A stretch of DNA of 64,000 bases, from IMG/VR virus record IMGVR_UViG_3300049182_000124. One strand, 5' to 3'. Positions 8,330-18,120 of the stretch are shown here, piece after piece. The stretch's first letter is position 1. The number at the start of each line of letters is the position of its first letter. The notes beneath the pieces were generated by a model that made no database searches, had not been told where the DNA came from, and saw only the letters and a program-made list of their open reading frames with translations. The translations under genes were made by a program, and so were the position numbers. The DNA comes from a virus.

Positions 8330-8622
8330 TGACGGACGTTTACCGAGACACCGACGAGCGCTACCAACGAGACCCCGCCTTCCACGCGGCGGTCCGCACC
8401 ATGGAGGCGATTGCGCGCGAGCACGGATTCACGCCGGGCGAGCTGAAGCAGATCGCGTTCAAGGCGGCGTTGAATCTCGAGGAGCGGCAACGTTTCGTGT
8501 CTGGAGAGCGCACCGTGTTCGTTCTGCGGCGGGCCCGTGTCGCCGCTCTTGTCGTACACGGGTGTCAACGGGCGTGTGCGGGTGGCAAGTACGAGCCGAG
8601 CGAGGAGGTGGAGGAGACATGA
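8329..8622 (+). CDS. hypothetical protein
   Basis: TAATG coupling; ends KYEPSEEVEET. Confidence 0.65.
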   Translation: MTDVYRDTDERYQRDPAFHAAVRTMEAIAREHGFTPGELKQIAFKAALNLEERQRFVSGERTVFVLRRARVAALVVHGCQRACAGGKYEPSEEVEET

Positions 8623-8834
8623 GCAAACCCCAACTCTACATCCCTGCCCACCGCGAAGAGCTCACAGTCGTGGACTGGTTCGTCATCGTCGGCCAGACGT
8701 TGCTCGCGTTCTGGCTGGCGTGGCGAGGGTACGCCACCGAGAGCGGCGTTCACAGTGTCGCCGCGGCGGGCTGGCTGTTTTCCGCATCGAACTACTACAC
8801 GGCGCGGAAGCGTTACAACCCGAGGTTGCATTGA
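8619..8834 (+). CDS. small membrane protein
   Basis: MSKPQLYIPAHREELTVVDWFVIVGQTLLAFWLAW..., two hydrophobic segments. Confidence 0.7.
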   Translation: MSKPQLYIPAHREELTVVDWFVIVGQTLLAFWLAWRGYATESGVHSVAAAGWLFSASNYYTARKRYNPRLH

Positions 8835-8959
8835 TGCGAGATGCCGAAACGGACCGCTACGAGGCTATCGGTCGACTGGTGAGCGTAAAAATTGAGCGAC
8901 ACCCAGAGACTCACAAGGTGCTGAAGCTTGTGGCTCATGTCGAGGAGGCGAAGCTATGA
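8834..8959 (+). CDS. 41-aa hypothetical protein
   Basis: TGATG and ATGA coupling on both sides. Confidence 0.5.
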   Translation: MRDAETDRYEAIGRLVSVKIERHPETHKVLKLVAHVEEAKL

Positions 8960-9351
8960 AGCCGAGCGAGGTTCTACTGCAGCGTGTGATGGCGATTCAC
9001 GAGGAGCAACTCAACGGCCACGCCTTGAGCACGACGGGTGGTGGGAGCCCCAGCGAGGCGCATCGTTCAATCCTCGTTGCTCACGCCGTTCGGCGCGCCG
9101 CTGGTGAGCTGTTCGACGAATTGTTCGAGCGGTTGGCGAAGCTCGAGGCAGCCCACCCGAAAGCGCGAGACATCGTGGGTTCGACGGCAAGCGGGGAGAT
9201 GGTGCATGGGCTTGCCATCACCGGCCCCGATACCGTCGGCCCCGCCGATGCGAGCACGCCGGAGCGGATGCGGGTGACGGTCGCTGGTGTGGCTCCAAGC
9301 GAGGACGTGGTGAGCATGGGTCGGTACGAGCCAAGTGAGGAGGCGGAGTAG
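8956..9351 (+). CDS. hypothetical protein
   Basis: 131-aa ORF, ends RYEPSEEAE. Confidence 0.7.
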   Translation: MKPSEVLLQRVMAIHEEQLNGHALSTTGGGSPSEAHRSILVAHAVRRAAGELFDELFERLAKLEAAHPKARDIVGSTASGEMVHGLAITGPDTVGPADASTPERMRVTVAGVAPSEDVVSMGRYEPSEEAE

Positions 9352-9353
9352 TC

Positions 9354-9428
9354 GTGAACAAACCTCAACTGTACGTCCCAGCCCGCGAGGAACTCACAGT
9401 CGTGGACTGGCTCGTCATCGTCGGCTAG
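9354..9428 (+). pseudogene. truncated paralog of the 8619 membrane protein
   Basis: MNKPQLYVPAREELTVVDWLVIVG* ; CAG(Q) of the first copy is TAG here. Confidence 0.7.
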
Positions 9429-9457
9429 GCATCGTGGATGCCGGGAGAGCCGACGTG

Positions 9458-9706
9458 ATGAACAGCGAAGAAACCGCGGCGTGGCGCGCGGCACAAATGG
9501 CCACGACAACCGGCGAGCGCTGCGAAGACTGCGGTTGCTTGATCACAACGAGCGCCGAAGCGTTTCGGAACCAATGGCGCTACGGGCCCCCGGATATTGA
9601 GAGGCTCGAAACCGACAACCTGTGTTTTCCCGCCGAGCGTTACAACTGCGACGAGGGAGACTGTGAATGCGTGCGGCGAGCGAAGGCGAGGCGGCGAAGC
9701 CGATGA
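9458..9706 (+). CDS. Cys-rich hypothetical protein
   Basis: CEDCGC...CDEGDCEC. Confidence 0.6.
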   Translation: MNSEETAAWRAAQMATTTGERCEDCGCLITTSAEAFRNQWRYGPPDIERLETDNLCFPAERYNCDEGDCECVRRAKARRRSR

Positions 9707-10065
9707 AACCCTCAAAGGAAACGAAGCGCTACCGCCGTGAGCTCGCAACTAGGATCCTTCGCAGCAAGCAAGCGCTCGGTCGCCACGACCGCTGCTGGTG
9801 CGTCGCTTTGGGTTTGGAAGCCCACCGTCTGGCCGCCTCTGGACTCACGAAGATCAAACTCAACGCGTGCGGCGAAGCGTTCCTGTTACGTGTCTTATAT
9901 CTCCCGGCGCACGTGGAAGAGTTCGACGGTGGCGGCGTGACTTTTGTCTGGGCCGCACGGGAGCGCGCGGGTGGCCACTATCCAAGCTGGGACCCGAAGT
10001 CGCGAGCGCGTAAGAACGAGACCGCGGACATGGTTCGCCGGAAAGTCGAAGCGCGGAAGCCCTAG
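9703..10065 (+). CDS. basic hypothetical protein
   Basis: ATGA coupling, 120 aa. Confidence 0.6.
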   Translation: MKPSKETKRYRRELATRILRSKQALGRHDRCWCVALGLEAHRLAASGLTKIKLNACGEAFLLRVLYLPAHVEEFDGGGVTFVWAARERAGGHYPSWDPKSRARKNETADMVRRKVEARKP

Positions 10066-10154
10066 CCATCGCTGACCAGGGCTCCGGAGTCGATTGCCGC
10101 CGACAGCCGGAACCTAGCACGAGCGAGCGGGCCTCGCTCAAGGAGAGCGCAGCG

Positions 10155-11150
10155 ATGTCGACCGAAGCAATCACGAAGGGTGACACCAGCACACACGGCC
10201 GCGCGCGCGGCGCCCTCGACCGAGAGCTCTACTGCCCGCGGCTCGAGCGCCTGCTGATGGGCGCGGCGTCCGAGCTCGGCCAGCGCGGCAACCTCGCCCA
10301 GGTGGTGGCGAGCATCGAACGAGGCGGCGTTGGCGGAGCCGGCGAGGATCCCAACCTCGGGATGCTGCGCAGGTTGGGCGCCACCGACAACCGCGGCATC
10401 GACGGCCGGGTCGGTCAGATCCGGGAGCTAGAGCTGCGCTGGCGAGCGCTGGATCGCAAACACCAGGCGACCGCGCTGGCCGAATACCTGGGCACGTCGC
10501 GGGCGGACCCGACGATCCGGGCCCACTTTGGCGAGGGGCAAGGCGGGCTCGCTGGGGTCGTGCTCCACAAGTGGCAGCAGAAGCAGGCGAAGGGCCGGGC
10601 TCGAGATGCCAGCGCCGGCAACGGAAGACTTTCGGTTGAGCTTGAACGCGTGCGGCGCGACCTGCTGCCGCTCGAGCAGGCGATCGCCAGGCTCGCGAAC
10701 GACCGACCATCGGTGGCTACGGCGCGTGAACCCGAGCCCGAGCGGCCCTACGTCCCGCTGGTGCTGAGCCGCCGCGCCCGCCGCGAGGTCCTTGCCCCGT
10801 ACCGAGCCGCGCGGGCTGCCTACCGTGCAGCCGAGGCCGCTCGCCGCGCTGACTTGGTGGCATGGCTGGTAGAGCGAGATGCGCGCCTGCCTGAGCTCCA
10901 GGCTACCGCGGCCTCGCTCCGAGCCGAACAGGCGCGTCTCTGCGCCCAGCAGGCCAGCCTGGCCGCCGCCGGCGACACCGTGGACGATGAGCTCGCTCTC
11001 GTGAAGCTCTGCCGTGGTGGCCTCACCAGGGAGGCCAGGGACGCCATGGTGGCCGCCGCCACGGCCGATGTGAGGGCGCTCCACCGGGCGTGGTACGCGA
11101 CCGCCAAGCGGGCCGCCAAGGCCTGGGCCGACGAGGAGACGGCGGCCTGA
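10155..11150 (+). CDS. coiled-coil hypothetical protein; possible late-gene regulator by position
   Basis: AAGGAG RBS; helical ORF two genes upstream of terminase; function from synteny only. Confidence 0.7.
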   Translation: MSTEAITKGDTSTHGRARGALDRELYCPRLERLLMGAASELGQRGNLAQVVASIERGGVGGAGEDPNLGMLRRLGATDNRGIDGRVGQIRELELRWRALDRKHQATALAEYLGTSRADPTIRAHFGEGQGGLAGVVLHKWQQKQAKGRARDASAGNGRLSVELERVRRDLLPLEQAIARLANDRPSVATAREPEPERPYVPLVLSRRARREVLAPYRAARAAYRAAEAARRADLVAWLVERDARLPELQATAASLRAEQARLCAQQASLAAAGDTVDDELALVKLCRGGLTREARDAMVAAATADVRALHRAWYATAKRAAKAWADEETAA

Positions 11151-11503
11151 GCCGCCAACGTCGCACCAAGCTCACGGACGAATGGGTGCCGCTCGCCGAG
11201 CACGCCAGGGAGATAGGCATGCCCGAGCGCACCCTTCGCCGGCAGCTCTACGCGCTCCACCAGCGCATGGGTGGCGGTGTGCTCCGCTCCTACAACGTGC
11301 CCGGCACCCGAGTCGGAAAGTGGTTCTTCAATCGCGCCGTGACCCGCGCCGTACTCGCCCGCGAGCCCGACGACACCGAGGTCGCGCTCGGTGAGCATCT
11401 GACGCGTATCGAGAAAACGGAAAATCGACTCGCGGCACTGCGCCAATCCCTCAAGTCCTTGAGAGCGCTCGTGAATACGCTGCAAAACCAGGCAAAGGTC
11501 TGA
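11147..11503 (+). CDS. HTH DNA-binding protein with C-terminal coiled coil (probable CTG start)
   Basis: WVPLAEHAREIGMPERTLRRQL HTH; CTGA overlap with upstream stop and GAGGAG SD. Confidence 0.65.
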   Translation: MSRQRRTKLTDEWVPLAEHAREIGMPERTLRRQLYALHQRMGGGVLRSYNVPGTRVGKWFFNRAVTRAVLAREPDDTEVALGEHLTRIEKTENRLAALRQSLKSLRALVNTLQNQAKV

Positions 11504-11509
11504 TCGGTT

Positions 11510-11552
11510 TGCGGCCATCTGCGGCCATTCCCGGCCACGGGGCGCCTAACCT
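11510..11552 (+). promoter_or_regulatory. candidate late promoter/packaging-region tandem sites
   Basis: CGGCCA at 11512, 11522, 11532 (10-bp period) followed by TAACCT 11547-11552; starts a 335-bp gap before terS. Confidence 0.35.
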
Positions 11553-11838
11553 CTATGTACGCGCCGGCAGACACAAGCCGGCCAAGCCCGAGGCCAACCC
11601 CCGACGAGCCCTCACACGGCGGCCGGTGGGAGCAACGAGCCCGGGCGAGCCTGGACGGTCGCCACCGGACGAACCGGCGCCTCGTCGTCGGACCTGGTCA
11701 CCGGGACCAAGCGCAACGGCGCGGCAGGACGCACCGGGGCCCAGCGGCTGAAGTCCTCCCAATCGGGAGGCGCGATGCGCGGGGTTTCGGGGGCGAAGGC
11801 CATGGCACGGTGGCGAGTATAGCAAACGGTAGGCCAGC

Positions 11839-12321
11839 GTGGCCGGCAAGACGCGGCTCGATAACAAGCTCATCGCCAGGATCTGCAAGCACGTCGAAGG
11901 CGGCAGCTATCCGGACGACGCCGCGGTCGCCGAAGGTGTGCCGCTCCGCACGTACCAGCATTGGGTGAGCCTCGGAACAGCCGAGGATGCCCCCGAAGAC
12001 TCTCCGTACGCGGCCTTCGTCTTTGCGCTAGATCGCGCGCGCGCGCGAGGGAGGGTAGCCCTTGTCAAGGACGTCCGGTCCGGCGACACCCAAACCCGCA
12101 GAAAAGCCAAGGCTGCGGCCTGGTTGCTTGAGCGCACCCACTCCAAGCGCTTCGGCGCAATTATCCGCCACAAGGTCGAGGACGAGCTGAAGCGCCTGCT
12201 CGAGGTGGCGAAGAAGACGCTCGACCCTGGTCAGTACCGCAAGCTCTGCGAGGCGCTCAGTGGCCTTGATGAAATGGACGAACGGGTAGCGGGCGGCACG
12301 GACCCCGCGTCGCTGCAGTGA
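11839..12321 (+). CDS. terS: terminase small subunit
   Basis: N-terminal HTH (AAVAEGVPLRTYQHW), AAAWLLER motif, immediately before TerL. Confidence 0.8.
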   Translation: MAGKTRLDNKLIARICKHVEGGSYPDDAAVAEGVPLRTYQHWVSLGTAEDAPEDSPYAAFVFALDRARARGRVALVKDVRSGDTQTRRKAKAAAWLLERTHSKRFGAIIRHKVEDELKRLLEVAKKTLDPGQYRKLCEALSGLDEMDERVAGGTDPASLQ

Positions 12322-12325
12322 CGCC

Positions 12326-13960
12326 ATGAGCTACGTCGCCGAGGCGATCCGTAACCAAAACCGTCGCAGGTCGCTCTGGCCCGACCTGGCCCGCGCTGAG
12401 CTCGCCGAGCTGAACGTCGCTGCTGAGGCCGAGGCTGCCAATCAGCCCAAGCCGGCCGGCTATATCGACCGCAACTCGGTCCTCACCGACTACGCGGACC
12501 GCCCCGTCGAATTCATCCGCGACGTGCTGGGCGTCGAGCTCACGCCCCAGCAGATTCCGATCGCCCGGTGCCTCGTCGACCACGACAAGGTCGCGGTCAA
12601 GTCCGGGCAGAAGACCGGCAAGACGCTCCTCGACATTTGCCTGGCCGTCTGGTGGTGCTGCACGCGCCGCCGCGGCAAGGTGATCTTCACATCCAGCTCC
12701 TTCGAGCAGGTGAAGGATCCGATGTGGTCCGAGCTCACGGCGCTGTGGCAGCGGCTACAGGACCGCGGCATCGACCTGTTCCCCGAGCCTGCGCTCGACC
12801 CACGCACGGGCGTCCGCTGGCGCGATGGTCGGAGTATCCGCGGCCTCTCGACCAAGAAGAAAGAGCGAGCGGCCGGCAAGTCCGGCGCCGAGCAGCTCAT
12901 CATCTTGGACGAAACGTCCGGCATCGACGCCGCCATCTGCGAGGCCTTCGAGGGCAACACGCTCGGCGGTGGCAAGCTGCTCTGCACGACGAACCCCACC
13001 GAGGTGAGCGGGTTCCTGTTCGAGTGCTTCCACAGCATGCGTGAGTTCTGGAAGTGCTTCACGCTCAGCGCGCGCGAAACTCCCAACTACGTCAACGACA
13101 ACGACCTGATCCCGGGCCTCGCCCGCAGGCTCGACGTTGACCGCCTCATCAAGGCGTACGGCGAAGGTAGCCCCTTCGTGCAGGTGCGCGTCGATGGCGA
13201 ATTCCCGACGACGTCCAGCAACGCCGTCATCACGCTGGGCCAGGTAGAAAAAGCTCTCAAGCGCTGGGCTTTGCTGCCCGAAGACTTGGCCGGCGGCACC
13301 ACGCTCGATCTGGGCGTCGATGTGGCGCGCTTTGGCGCGGACGACTCCGCGATCACAGGTCGACGAGGGCTCCGGCTTTACAGCCCCGAGTGGTTCAAGG
13401 TCGAAAAGGACGTCGAAGCGGTCGTCCACGGCTACGACTCGCACGAGGTTGCTGGCGTGGTGTTGCGCTGCATGCGCGCGCTGCGAAGACCGGGCAACGA
13501 GCACGTTCGCATCAAGCTCGATGCCGCGGGCGGCTACGGAACCGCGGTGGCCGACGTGCTGCGGCACTTGCAAGCCGAGGGCAAAACCGAAGGTCTCGAC
13601 CAGTTCGTGCAGATCATCGAAGTCAACGTCTCGGAAGCGTCGAGCGAGCCGGAGAAATACCCCAGGCTGCGCAGCGAGGTCTGGTTCAGTGGGCGACTCT
13701 TCTTCCAGGCGGGCGGCGTCATGTACGGCGATCCGCAGCTCGAGAGCGAGCTCATCGCGCCGATCTACAAGGTGACCCCCAAGGGGCAGCTAGAGGTCGA
13801 GAAGAAAGAAGACACGAAGAAGCGCCTTGGTCGTTCCCCCGACCGCGCCGACTCCGCGCTGCTCGCAATCTACGAGACGGGCCTCGGGCTCGCTGACGTC
13901 AAGCTCCCGGTCGTGGTGCCCTCCCGCTGGGGTGACAGCGCGAGCCGCGGATTCGGATGA
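12326..13960 (+). CDS. terL: terminase large subunit
   Basis: VAVKSGQKTGKT Walker A, IILDE Walker B, LGVDVARFGADDS and RSPDRADS nuclease motifs. Confidence 0.95.
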   Translation: MSYVAEAIRNQNRRRSLWPDLARAELAELNVAAEAEAANQPKPAGYIDRNSVLTDYADRPVEFIRDVLGVELTPQQIPIARCLVDHDKVAVKSGQKTGKTLLDICLAVWWCCTRRRGKVIFTSSSFEQVKDPMWSELTALWQRLQDRGIDLFPEPALDPRTGVRWRDGRSIRGLSTKKKERAAGKSGAEQLIILDETSGIDAAICEAFEGNTLGGGKLLCTTNPTEVSGFLFECFHSMREFWKCFTLSARETPNYVNDNDLIPGLARRLDVDRLIKAYGEGSPFVQVRVDGEFPTTSSNAVITLGQVEKALKRWALLPEDLAGGTTLDLGVDVARFGADDSAITGRRGLRLYSPEWFKVEKDVEAVVHGYDSHEVAGVVLRCMRALRRPGNEHVRIKLDAAGGYGTAVADVLRHLQAEGKTEGLDQFVQIIEVNVSEASSEPEKYPRLRSEVWFSGRLFFQAGGVMYGDPQLESELIAPIYKVTPKGQLEVEKKEDTKKRLGRSPDRADSALLAIYETGLGLADVKLPVVVPSRWGDSASRGFG

Positions 13961-13963
13961 TGA

Positions 13964-15325
13964 ATGAGTTTTTTCGGACGCCTCAAAGACTTGGTGTCAC
14001 CACCCAAGGTGACGACCACGCGCGTCAACCTGCGTGAGAAGCCGCTCCACGAGCAGTTTCAACGCATCGGCGGCGGCCTGTCGCCAGCCGACGTTTCGCG
14101 CATCTTGCAGCGCGCTGACATGGGGCAGCCGGCCACGCTGATCGATCTCTTCAACGAGGGTCGACAGAAGGACGGCCACCTCCAGGGCATTTGCTACACC
14201 CGCGACATCGCAGTCTCGCTCTGTGGGCTCGAGTTCGTCGACCCCACGCCAGCGAAGGGCAAGGAAAAGCCGGCCCGGAAAGATCAGAAGGCGATCGACC
14301 TGTGCCGCCGCGCGCGGGACAAGTTTGACGACTTCCCGCGGCTGGTCGAGCACCTCACGGGTGCCTACGTGCCAGGGCACGCAACGGCAACGGTGCGGTG
14401 GGAGAAGACGAAAGACGGCCTCTTGCTCCCCGCGGAAGCTGAGCTCCTCAGTCCGCGCGACTTCATCTTCGCGCAGAAGACCGGCAAGCTCCGTTACCAG
14501 CGCGACCCCTTCGATCTCGAAGGCATCGACATCCTGGCCGAGAACCCCGGCCGCGTTGTGCAGGTGCAGCGTCGCATCACCGGCGACGTGCAGGTCCGCG
14601 AGGGCCTGATCCGCTGCCTGGTGTGGGCCGCGCTGTTCCGCAACTGGTCGCTCAAAGACTGGATCGCGCTCGGCGAAATCGGCTGGAAGCCCTGGCGGCT
14701 CGCCTCGTACAAGAAGGGCGCGAGTCAGAAGGACATCGACGAACTCATCGCGATGCTCGAGCGCCTCGGCGCTACCGGTGTCGCGGCGATCCCTGAGACC
14801 ACCGACATCAAGGTCGAGTGGCCCAAGGGCATGGCGCCCGGTACCGGCGGCTCGAGCACGCACCGTGAGCTGCTCGACACCATGGGCCGCGAGATGTCCA
14901 AGGCCGTACTCGGCCAGACGACGTCAGCAGAGCCTGGACCGAACGGTAGCCGCGCCTCGGATGAAGTGCGCGATAAGGTGCGTGCCGACATTCGCGAAGA
15001 AGACGCGATCGCCACCGCCGCAGCGCTCTACAAGCACCTGTTCCGCCTTGTCGTGTCCGTGAACCTTGGCCCTGATGTCGAGTGTCCGGTGCCGTGGTTC
15101 CAGACTGACGAGTCCGTCGATCAGCTCGCGTTCGCGCAAGCCGTGAAGAACCTAGCCGACGCCAAGGTGCGGATCCCCCAGAAGTGGATTCGCGACGAGC
15201 TTGGCGCACCGGAGCCCAAGGAGGGCGAGGAGTGCATCGGTGAGGCTGAGCCTGAGCCGGAGCCCGATGGCGAAGACCCCGAAAAAGACCCTGAAGCGGA
15301 CGACGCAGAAAAAGCCGCTGCCTGA
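13964..15325 (+). CDS. portal protein (Mu gp29/DUF935-like)
   Basis: GLIRCLVW...KDWIALGEIGWKPWRLASY, EMSKAVLGQT; follows TerL. Confidence 0.9.
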   Translation: MSFFGRLKDLVSPPKVTTTRVNLREKPLHEQFQRIGGGLSPADVSRILQRADMGQPATLIDLFNEGRQKDGHLQGICYTRDIAVSLCGLEFVDPTPAKGKEKPARKDQKAIDLCRRARDKFDDFPRLVEHLTGAYVPGHATATVRWEKTKDGLLLPAEAELLSPRDFIFAQKTGKLRYQRDPFDLEGIDILAENPGRVVQVQRRITGDVQVREGLIRCLVWAALFRNWSLKDWIALGEIGWKPWRLASYKKGASQKDIDELIAMLERLGATGVAAIPETTDIKVEWPKGMAPGTGGSSTHRELLDTMGREMSKAVLGQTTSAEPGPNGSRASDEVRDKVRADIREEDAIATAAALYKHLFRLVVSVNLGPDVECPVPWFQTDESVDQLAFAQAVKNLADAKVRIPQKWIRDELGAPEPKEGEECIGEAEPEPEPDGEDPEKDPEADDAEKAAA

Positions 15326-15340
15326 GGACGCGACCACCGA

Positions 15341-16450
15341 ATGGCTACGCAGCAACAGCAAGAGCCGGCCCAAAAGTGGGACCGTGTCGTACGGCGATCG
15401 ATCGATTTCGACATCAAAGCTTTCGACCCGGAAAAGCGGTCGTTTGACGTAGTCGCATCGACCGACACCATCGACGGGCACGGGGACATCGTCGAGCAGT
15501 CTTTCGACCTCAAGCGCTACAAGAAGAACCCGGTTGTGCTGTGGATGCACAACTCGTTCGGCTTCCTCGATGGCTCGCGAGCGGAGGACTTCCTCCCGAT
15601 CGGTCGCGCCGAGAACGTCAAGGTCACTGACGGCCAACTCGAGGCGCGAATCATCCTCGCGACTGCCGATGCCAATCCGATCGCCGAAAAGGTCTTCCTG
15701 CTCTGGCAGCAGAAGATCTTGCGCGCCGTCTCCATTGGTTTCCGCCCCGGGAAGGTCACGCGCGAAGAGAATAACGACACCGGCAAGGTGACGTACCGGC
15801 TCGCCAACAACGAGCTGTTCGAGATCAGCGTCGTTGCGATTCCCAGCAACCCCGACGCCGTAGCCAAAGCGCTTCACGCGGCGGAGCGTGAAGAGTTCAG
15901 CCGCCTGGCGGCCCCAACCGCCGCTAAGGGCGGCACCCGAGAGAAAAAGCCCATGAACGAGGAACTGCAGAAGGCGCTCGAAGCGAAGGCCGTCGCGGAG
16001 CAGAAGGCGAAAGACGCCGAGGCTCGTGCCACCAAGGCCGAAGACCGCATCAAGGAGCTCGAGAAGCTGCTGGGCGACGAAAAGCTCGTCAGCAAGAAGC
16101 TCGAGGGTGAGCTCGACGCCGAGCGTGCCGAGACCAAGAAGCTCAAAGGCGAGGTCTCCAAGGGCACGCTTGACGCGCTCCAGGGCGTCAAGTTCGAGCC
16201 GGCCGAGCGCAAGGAGCTCGACGAGCTCGTCGACACCGTCGGCATCGAGCGCGTGAAGAAGCTGCTCGAGAAACGCACGGATATCCCGCTCACGAAGCCG
16301 GTCACGGTCGACGGCAAGGCCGTGGGCGAGAAGCCAAAGACCGCACCGGAGCCCGTTGAGCAGAAGGCCGGCGAGGGCGCAGCAGATGCGCTCCTCGGTG
16401 AGGTCGAAACCCGCGCGTCGAAGGACGAAGGCACCATTTTCGCGGCCTGA
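15341..16450 (+). CDS. prohead protease with C-terminal scaffold coiled coil
   Basis: VVLWMHN, AVSIGF, ELFEISVVAIPSNPDA (HK97-type protease) plus long K/E heptad tail. Confidence 0.9.
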   Translation: MATQQQQEPAQKWDRVVRRSIDFDIKAFDPEKRSFDVVASTDTIDGHGDIVEQSFDLKRYKKNPVVLWMHNSFGFLDGSRAEDFLPIGRAENVKVTDGQLEARIILATADANPIAEKVFLLWQQKILRAVSIGFRPGKVTREENNDTGKVTYRLANNELFEISVVAIPSNPDAVAKALHAAEREEFSRLAAPTAAKGGTREKKPMNEELQKALEAKAVAEQKAKDAEARATKAEDRIKELEKLLGDEKLVSKKLEGELDAERAETKKLKGEVSKGTLDALQGVKFEPAERKELDELVDTVGIERVKKLLEKRTDIPLTKPVTVDGKAVGEKPKTAPEPVEQKAGEGAADALLGEVETRASKDEGTIFAA

Positions 16451-16485
16451 GCCGCTCACATCCTAAAGCACGGAGCTGAAGAGCA

Positions 16486-16926
16486 ATGGCTACCAGAGCA
16501 GATATGGATCTCCAGCGCGCGATCATCGTCACGCGCAAAGTTGTCGTCGGCGCAGTCGCCCTCGGCATGCCCGTCAAGGACGGCACCAATGACCACGAGG
16601 TCCAGCCCTGCGCTGACGGCGTGGATATGATCGGCGTCGTCGTCGCCCTCGGCAACGGCGCGAAGGTCAGCGGTGGCACGCCCGGCGGCGTCAACGACGA
16701 GGTGCAGATCGCGTACCTTGCTGGCGCTTGCGTCATCAAGGTCAAGGTCGGTACTGGTGGCGCCGTTCGCGGCAAGTTCGCCAAGGTCGTCTCGGATGGC
16801 TTCACCAGCGCGACGCCGGACGTCGCAACGCCTGCTGCGATGAATGTCGCCGGCTTCTTTACACAGTCCGGCAGCGCTGGCGACTACGTCGGCCTGGTGC
16901 CGAGCAAGAGCTGGCTCACCGAGTGA
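16486..16926 (+). CDS. capsid decoration/cement protein (DUF2190-like)
   Basis: Gly/Val-rich beta protein between protease and MCP. Confidence 0.7.
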   Translation: MATRADMDLQRAIIVTRKVVVGAVALGMPVKDGTNDHEVQPCADGVDMIGVVVALGNGAKVSGGTPGGVNDEVQIAYLAGACVIKVKVGTGGAVRGKFAKVVSDGFTSATPDVATPAAMNVAGFFTQSGSAGDYVGLVPSKSWLTE

Positions 16927-16966
16927 GCGGGCGCACACCGACTCCATCTCCTGAGGATCACCACCC

Positions 16967-18109
16967 ATGAATATGATGATTCAGCACCCCGGCGCTCGCA
17001 CGAGCAAGGGCCTGTCCTTCGAACGCTACCAGCGCGCCCTGTCGTCGCTGTTCACGAGCACCAAGGCCGAAGACCGCGCCAAGGTGAAGGCGGCCAACGA
17101 CGCTTTCATCACCGGGCTGCGAAACCCGCAGTTCACCGACAAGCGCCTCGACGACGCAGTTGGGCAACTGGTCAAGGCGCTCACGCCGGCCAATGTGCAC
17201 GTCGACAAGGTGCTGTCGAGCTTCTCGGTGGCCTACGCCAACGACGAGTTCATCGGCGAGCGCATCATGCCGGTGGTACCGGTCGACAACCGGAGCGACA
17301 AGTTCGCGGTTTTCTCGAAGCGCGACCGCTTGGCGGCACCGGACGATCGCATCGGGTTCCGGTCGAGTCCCAACGAGGTCGAGCAGAACTTCAGCTACGA
17401 CAACTACTCGCTGAGCGACTACGGCCTCAAGGGCTACCTCGATCTGGAGATGGTTCAGAACGCGGACAACGTGCTCCGCGAGATGCTGAACACGATCGAG
17501 TTCATCAACAGCCAGTTGGCCTTCCGGCGCGAGATGCGCATCGCCGCGATCGCGCAGACCTCCAGCAACTTCACGACCGCGAACGCCACGACGAAGTGGG
17601 ACACCGCCAACACCGGCGGTTCCATCATAGCCGATATCCTGGCCGCGAAGGCTGCGCTCTGGAACGGTCCGGCTCCTACGCGCCTCGTCGGGTTCACGAC
17701 GCTCGAGGTTTGGAACGCCTCGATCATCAACAACCCCGCCCTCAAGGCGCTCTACTCGGGCGTCCGGGATGGCTTGGTCACGCAAGACATCGTTGCCGCG
17801 TACTTCGGCCTCGACGAGATCGTGATCGCAAACGGTCGCCAGGACACCGCGAACGAAGGCCAGACGGCGAGCTACGGCAAGCTGTGGACGTCGGACAACT
17901 TCGGCATCGTGCGCGTGGCCCGCAACCCGAACACGCGAGCCCTGCAGTGGGGTGTCACCTTCCGTGAGAAGGGCGACCCCTTCACCACGGAGTGGACCGA
18001 CCCGAGCATCGGCAAGCGCGGCGGCATCTACGGTCGCGTCTCGGTGTCCGAGGACCACAAGGTCGTGTCCAAGGACGCCGGTTACCTGATCACCGACGTG
18101 CTCACCTGA
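16967..18109 (+). CDS. major capsid protein
   Basis: 380 aa; LSSFSVAYAN...IGERIMPVVPV, RREMRIA; position after decoration gene. Confidence 0.85.
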   Translation: MNMMIQHPGARTSKGLSFERYQRALSSLFTSTKAEDRAKVKAANDAFITGLRNPQFTDKRLDDAVGQLVKALTPANVHVDKVLSSFSVAYANDEFIGERIMPVVPVDNRSDKFAVFSKRDRLAAPDDRIGFRSSPNEVEQNFSYDNYSLSDYGLKGYLDLEMVQNADNVLREMLNTIEFINSQLAFRREMRIAAIAQTSSNFTTANATTKWDTANTGGSIIADILAAKAALWNGPAPTRLVGFTTLEVWNASIINNPALKALYSGVRDGLVTQDIVAAYFGLDEIVIANGRQDTANEGQTASYGKLWTSDNFGIVRVARNPNTRALQWGVTFREKGDPFTTEWTDPSIGKRGGIYGRVSVSEDHKVVSKDAGYLITDVLT

Positions 18110-18120
18110 GCGGTAGCGCC

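Larger units (their letters stand above)
8589..9428 (+). repeat. ~105-bp imperfect direct repeat (8589-8696 / 9324-9428) spanning gene junctions
   Basis: gtacgagcc.ag.gaggagg.ggag...g(a/a)caaacc.caact.tac.tccc.gccc.c...ga.ctcacagtcgtggactgg.tcgtcatcgtcggc.ag visible in both copies. Confidence 0.9.

Noticed and set aside
9426-9428. TAG read-through or alternative genetic code
   Set aside because: Sequence after the TAG does not resemble the paralog; other genes end normally at TAG
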